A stretch of 64,000 bases of DNA from NCBI GenBank assembly GCA_963752285.1, contig CAVVXN010000005.1, positions 160,001 through 224,000 of the forward strand. The letters run 5' to 3'. Source of the DNA: an uncultured Planctomycetota bacterium. GTDB lineage: Bacteria > Planctomycetota > PLA2 > JAEUHO01. Of this stretch, positions 60,169 through 64,000 are shown piece by piece. The notes beneath the pieces are model-generated. The model saw only the letters and a list, made by a program, of their open reading frames with translations. It made no database searches and was not told the DNA's origin. Positions within the stretch are counted from its first letter, which is position 1; the number at the start of each line of letters is the position of its first letter. A program made the position numbers and the translations under genes.

Positions 60169-62831
60169 GCCGTCCGACCGCCCTGTACCGGGTCGGCGCC
60201 CTCGCCCTCCTCGCGGCCGTGACGCTCCTCTCGGGGCCGGCCGCGCGGGCGGCGCCCGACGCCGACCTCGAGAACGCCCGTCGCGCGTTCCTCGGCGTCC
60301 GGGACGCGACGCGGCTCGCCGACGCGTTGACGCGTTCCCCGCCGGACGGGCCCTCGGCCGTGGTGGACGCGGTTCTCGCCGAGCTCGCGACCACGCCCGA
60401 GGCGCGGCCGGAGGGGCTCGCGGGCGACGGCTACGCCGCGCTGCCCTCCCTGGTGGGCGCGTTGCGCGCGCTCGACCTCGCCTCGGCGGACCGCGCGCTC
60501 GAACGACTTGCGCGCGGTCCCGCGCCCGCGGGGCTCGTGCCGTGGTCGCGCGCGCTCCTCGCCGCCCGCCACGGCGAGGACCAGGAAGCTGCGGACCTGG
60601 TCGCGGGCGACGTGGACCCCGTTCTGCTGGACCTCGAGTCGTCGTTCCGGTTCGCCCTCTTCGGCGCGTCGCTCCCCGTGGACGACCGTCTCCTCCTCGG
60701 CGCCGTCGCGCGCGAGGCGCTCGAAGGGCTGGCCGCGAAGGACGACCTCGCGGGCGTCCGGCGGGTCGCGGGCCGGGTCGCCGCCTTCGACCGGGACGTG
60801 GGCGCCCGGGCGCTCTCCGAGGCGGCCTCCGCGTTCCGCCGGGCGGGTCGTCCCGCCGACGCGCTCGCCCTCCTCTCGGGTCCCGAGTCGGCCTGCGTCG
60901 ATCCCGCCGGCACCTCTGTCGAGCGTGCGGTCTCGGCGTGGCGCGCCGGACGTCTGGCCGAGGCGCGCGCGGCGTCGTCCGCGGTCTCGGCGCGGCCCGA
61001 GGGCGTGTGGCTCTCGGACGCGCTCGGCGCGCTCGCCGACGGTCAGCGGCCGCCCTCGATCGTCCCCGCGCCGGTCTCCGCCGACCCGCGGCGCCGGAGC
61101 GCGATCCTCCTCGCGCGGCTCGCGAGCACGCTCGGGGTCGCGACGCGCGCCGAGGAGGTCGAGGCCCGCGCGCTCGCGCTGTCGGCGCGCGCGGACGACC
61201 CCGGCTTCTCGGTCCGGTTCCTCCAGGAGCGCGGGCTCGACGCGTCGCTCGCGGCGGGCGGCGAGGCCGCGGTCCGCGCCGCCGCGCACGGGCTGCCGTG
61301 CCTCCTCTGGCGGATCGTCCTCTCCGGAGACCGGCTCGTCGAGGCGCCCGTGCTGGTGCGCGCCGAGGACCGCGCCCTCGCGGGCTGGTGGGTCGAGCCG
61401 CTCGACCTCCGACAGCCCGACCTCCTCCCGCTCGCGGCGACGACGAGGGGTCGGGTGCTCGTGGCGGTTCCCCACGCGTCCGGTATCCCGATCGCGTCGC
61501 TCGTGCCGGACGACGAAGCGGCCCTCGGCCGGCGGCTCGAGGAGGCGGTCGAGCTCGCGCGGAGCGACAGCCCGCGCGCGGGCGCCGAACGCCTGCTCGC
61601 GCGTTCCAGCGCCCCGCTCGAGCCGGTCGCAGCGCTCTACGCGGGGTGGATGTTCTACGAGGCCTTCCACGCCACGGAGGACGGGGAGCCGATCCGCCGG
61701 GACGCGGAGGCCCTGTACGAGGCGGGGCGCCTGCTCGAGCCGATCCGCACGCTGCCGCCGCCGGACGCGTTCGTGGAGCTGGCGGTCGCGCGGTCCCGGC
61801 TCGCGGACGGAGACGTGAAGCAGGCCGCTCTCGGGCTCGACCGCGCGCAGGCCGCGGCGCCCGAGTCCGCGTGGATCGCGCTCTGGCGCTTCAAGGTGCT
61901 GTACGACGCGCTCTCCGAGCCCGGTCCCGCCCTGGAGGCCATCGACCTCGCGCGGCGCCTCGACCCGCTGGACGTGACGGTCCTCTACCTCCGTGGCCGC
62001 ACGCAGCACGAGCGCGGAGAGCTCGACCTCGCAAGGCGGGACCTGCTCCGCGCGTTCGACCGGCGCCCGGAGTGGGTGGGGGTCGCGCTCGAGCTCGTGG
62101 GGATCGAGATCCACGCGGGGCGCCCGCGCCAGGCGCTGGCGGACCTCGAGACCCTCGCGCGCCACGCCCCGTCGGCGGCGGCCGAGGAGGCCGTGGGCGA
62201 GGCGCGTCGGGAGGCGGAGTCGATGCTCGTCCAACGCGCGTCCACCCCCGCGGAGCTCGCGGCCCTGCGCCAGAGCCCCGAGCCCGAGACGCGACGGCGC
62301 GTCGCGTTCGCGCTCGCGCGGTTCGAGAACGACGCGGCGGAGTCGGCGCTCCGCGCCCTGCTCGCGGACCCCGCCGAGGCCGTGCGCGTCACGGCGCTCC
62401 GCGTGTACATGCGGCCGTGGCTCCGCGAACGCGTCGAGGCCGACCCCGCACTCGCGAAGGAGGTGCGCGACCTGCTGCACGGCGACGCGTCCGAGGCGGT
62501 GCGCGGCGCGGCGGCCGGGCTGGTGAGCCTGCTCCGCGTGCCCTGGGCCGCGAAGGAGCTCGCGAGCGCGCTCGCGGGCGACGCGCGCGACGCCGCGCCC
62601 TACCCGCGCTCGGAGGCCGCGAGCGCCCTCGTGCGTCTGGACGGGCCCGAGGCGCGCGGCGCGCTGGTCGAGGCGCTCGACGACGACGCCCTCACCGTTC
62701 GTCGCGCCGCCATCGAGGCGTTGTTCCGCCTCGCCTCGACGTATCGCGGCTACGACCCCGAGGCCCCGGCCGAGGACCGCGCGCCGGCCGTCGCCCGCTG
62801 GCGGGCCTGGGCCCGGGACGGCCGGGGCTAG
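60165..62831 (+). CDS. Exported TPR and HEAT repeat protein
   Basis: GTGA overlap with the panC stop; signal peptide ending ARA; TPRs (ARRLDPLDVTVLYLRG); HEAT repeats (TRRRVAFALAR, VRRAAIEAL); terminal GYDPEAP...ARWRAW. Confidence 0.75.
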   Translation: MSRPTALYRVGALALLAAVTLLSGPAARAAPDADLENARRAFLGVRDATRLADALTRSPPDGPSAVVDAVLAELATTPEARPEGLAGDGYAALPSLVGALRALDLASADRALERLARGPAPAGLVPWSRALLAARHGEDQEAADLVAGDVDPVLLDLESSFRFALFGASLPVDDRLLLGAVAREALEGLAAKDDLAGVRRVAGRVAAFDRDVGARALSEAASAFRRAGRPADALALLSGPESACVDPAGTSVERAVSAWRAGRLAEARAASSAVSARPEGVWLSDALGALADGQRPPSIVPAPVSADPRRRSAILLARLASTLGVATRAEEVEARALALSARADDPGFSVRFLQERGLDASLAAGGEAAVRAAAHGLPCLLWRIVLSGDRLVEAPVLVRAEDRALAGWWVEPLDLRQPDLLPLAATTRGRVLVAVPHASGIPIASLVPDDEAALGRRLEEAVELARSDSPRAGAERLLARSSAPLEPVAALYAGWMFYEAFHATEDGEPIRRDAEALYEAGRLLEPIRTLPPPDAFVELAVARSRLADGDVKQAALGLDRAQAAAPESAWIALWRFKVLYDALSEPGPALEAIDLARRLDPLDVTVLYLRGRTQHERGELDLARRDLLRAFDRRPEWVGVALELVGIEIHAGRPRQALADLETLARHAPSAAAEEAVGEARREAESMLVQRASTPAELAALRQSPEPETRRRVAFALARFENDAAESALRALLADPAEAVRVTALRVYMRPWLRERVEADPALAKEVRDLLHGDASEAVRGAAAGLVSLLRVPWAAKELASALAGDARDAAPYPRSEAASALVRLDGPEARGALVEALDDDALTVRRAAIEALFRLASTYRGYDPEAPAEDRAPAVARWRAWARDGRG

Positions 62832-62903
62832 GGCGTGGACCGCGCGGGGCGGTGCGTCCCCGACTGGGTCCCCGCCCGGGCGGGGCCGTACCATGTCGGG
62901 CTC

Positions 62904-63275
62904 ATGCAACGCTTCCTGCTCCGTTCCAAGATCCATGGCGCCCGCGTCACGCACGCCGACCTCCACTACGTGGGCAGCGTGACGATCGACAAGGACCTCC
63001 TCGACGCGGCCGACATGGTCCCCGACGAGAAGGTGCTCGTCGTGGACGTGGACAACGGCGCTCGTTTCGAGACGTACGTGTTCGAAGGGGCGCCCGGCAG
63101 CGGTGTGATCGGGGTCAACGGAGGCGCCGCACGCCAGTGCCAGGTCGGCGACCGGGTGCTGATCATGGCGTTCGCGGCCTTCGACTCCGACGAGGTCGCG
63201 GGTCACGTGCCGCGCATCGTGTTCGTGGACGAGCACAACGCCGTGGCGCGAAGCCCCGCCTCCCACGCGCGCTGA
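62904..63275 (+). CDS. panD: Aspartate 1-decarboxylase proenzyme
   Basis: MQRFLLRSKIHGARVT, YVG/SVTID autocleavage site, NGARFETY, NGGAAR. Confidence 0.95.
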   Translation: MQRFLLRSKIHGARVTHADLHYVGSVTIDKDLLDAADMVPDEKVLVVDVDNGARFETYVFEGAPGSGVIGVNGGAARQCQVGDRVLIMAFAAFDSDEVAGHVPRIVFVDEHNAVARSPASHAR

Positions 63276-63391
63276 GCGCCCGTCCGAAGACCGATCCCGA
63301 TCTCGGCCGTCTCGCTTCCGGTGCGCGCCTGGAGCCCGGTCGTGCGGAAGGGGACCTTCGCTTCGCGTGGTCGCCGGGGGAGGATGGGCGG

Positions 63392-64000
63392 GTGCGCTAC
63401 GTCGTCGTCGCCGCGCCGCCGGCCGTCCGGACCGTCGAGGATCTCGAACACCTCCCTGCCGTCGCGGACCTGGTCGAGCTTCGCCTCGACCTGCTTCCGG
63501 ACGGACTCGACGAGGAGGGCGTGCGGCGGTGGGTCCGCGCGTGCCCCCGTCCCGTGCTCGCGACCGTGCGCAGCCGCGGCGAGGGGGGCCGCTTCGGCGG
63601 GACGCCCGAGGCGGCGGCCCGTCTCCTCGCCGTGGCCGCGGGCGCGGGGGCCGCGGTCGTGGACGTGGAGGTCCCGGTCGTTCCCTTCCTCCGCTCGCTC
63701 CCGCCCACGACCGACACGGTCGTGTCGCGTCACGGAGAGGGGGCCTTCGAGACGGCGCTCCCCGACGAGGTCGCCGGTCGCCCCGCGGGTCACCTGAAGG
63801 CGGCCGCCTGGGTGGCGACGCCCGCCGACCTCGAACGCCTCCGGGGTGCCCGTCGCGCCCCTTCGTCCGTCCCTCGGACGCTCGTCCCCTATGGTCCGCT
63901 GGGCGCGCTCCGCGGGGCGTTCGCCGGGCCTGGTGACCTGCTCTACGGGAACGCGGACGGCGTCGGCACCGTGCCGGGTCAGCCTCCCCTCCTGGCGCTG
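63392..64000 (+). CDS. aroD: Type I 3-dehydroquinate dehydratase domain, truncated by the window end
   Basis: Hand translation from GTG 63392, open to the end: DLVELRLDLL, LATVRSRGEGG, VDVE, VSRH, HLKAA, TVPGQ. Absent from the ORF track because no stop lies in the window. Confidence 0.8.
   Translation, partial: MRYVVVAAPPAVRTVEDLEHLPAVADLVELRLDLLPDGLDEEGVRRWVRACPRPVLATVRSRGEGGRFGGTPEAAARLLAVAAGAGAAVVDVEVPVVPFLRSLPPTTDTVVSRHGEGAFETALPDEVAGRPAGHLKAAAWVATPADLERLRGARRAPSSVPRTLVPYGPLGALRGAFAGPGDLLYGNADGVGTVPGQPPLLAL

Overview
A very GC-rich (judged by eye, not computed), gene-dense bacterial chromosomal segment. The gene families present (exported HEAT/TPR proteins, prenyltransferase/squalene-cyclase-repeat proteins, PQQ-type propellers, BatA/DUF58/MoxR modules) suggest a Planctomycetota-like organism; that assignment is inference. 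Recognisable housekeeping genes are guaB-guaA, orn, rlmN, tig-clpP-clpX, rho, a stand-alone fusA, larE, pssA, a folK-panC fusion, panD and a partial aroD. The largest uncharacterised block is a ~24 kb co-oriented minus-strand cluster (33497-57255). It encodes a MoxR AAA+ ATPase, DUF58, two vWA membrane proteins, two beta-propeller proteins, two exported prenyltransferase-repeat proteins and DUF4175-like proteins. A smaller MoxR-less sister module lies at 716-5524. Notable sequence-level signals: (1) a 34-bp hairpin whose six mismatches are all G-U wobbles, beside a triple 49-nt REP-like repeat (9677-9965); (2) a ClpP with Asn in place of the catalytic Asp; (3) a long structured rho leader; (4) a sigma54-type promoter before a Gly-rich surface lipoprotein; (5) repeated -10 boxes directly upstream of start codons, suggesting leaderless mRNAs. 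I saw no rRNA, tRNA, CRISPR array, integrase or transposase. Most long ORFs in the supplied track are high-GC shadow frames, so I re-called start sites by hand.
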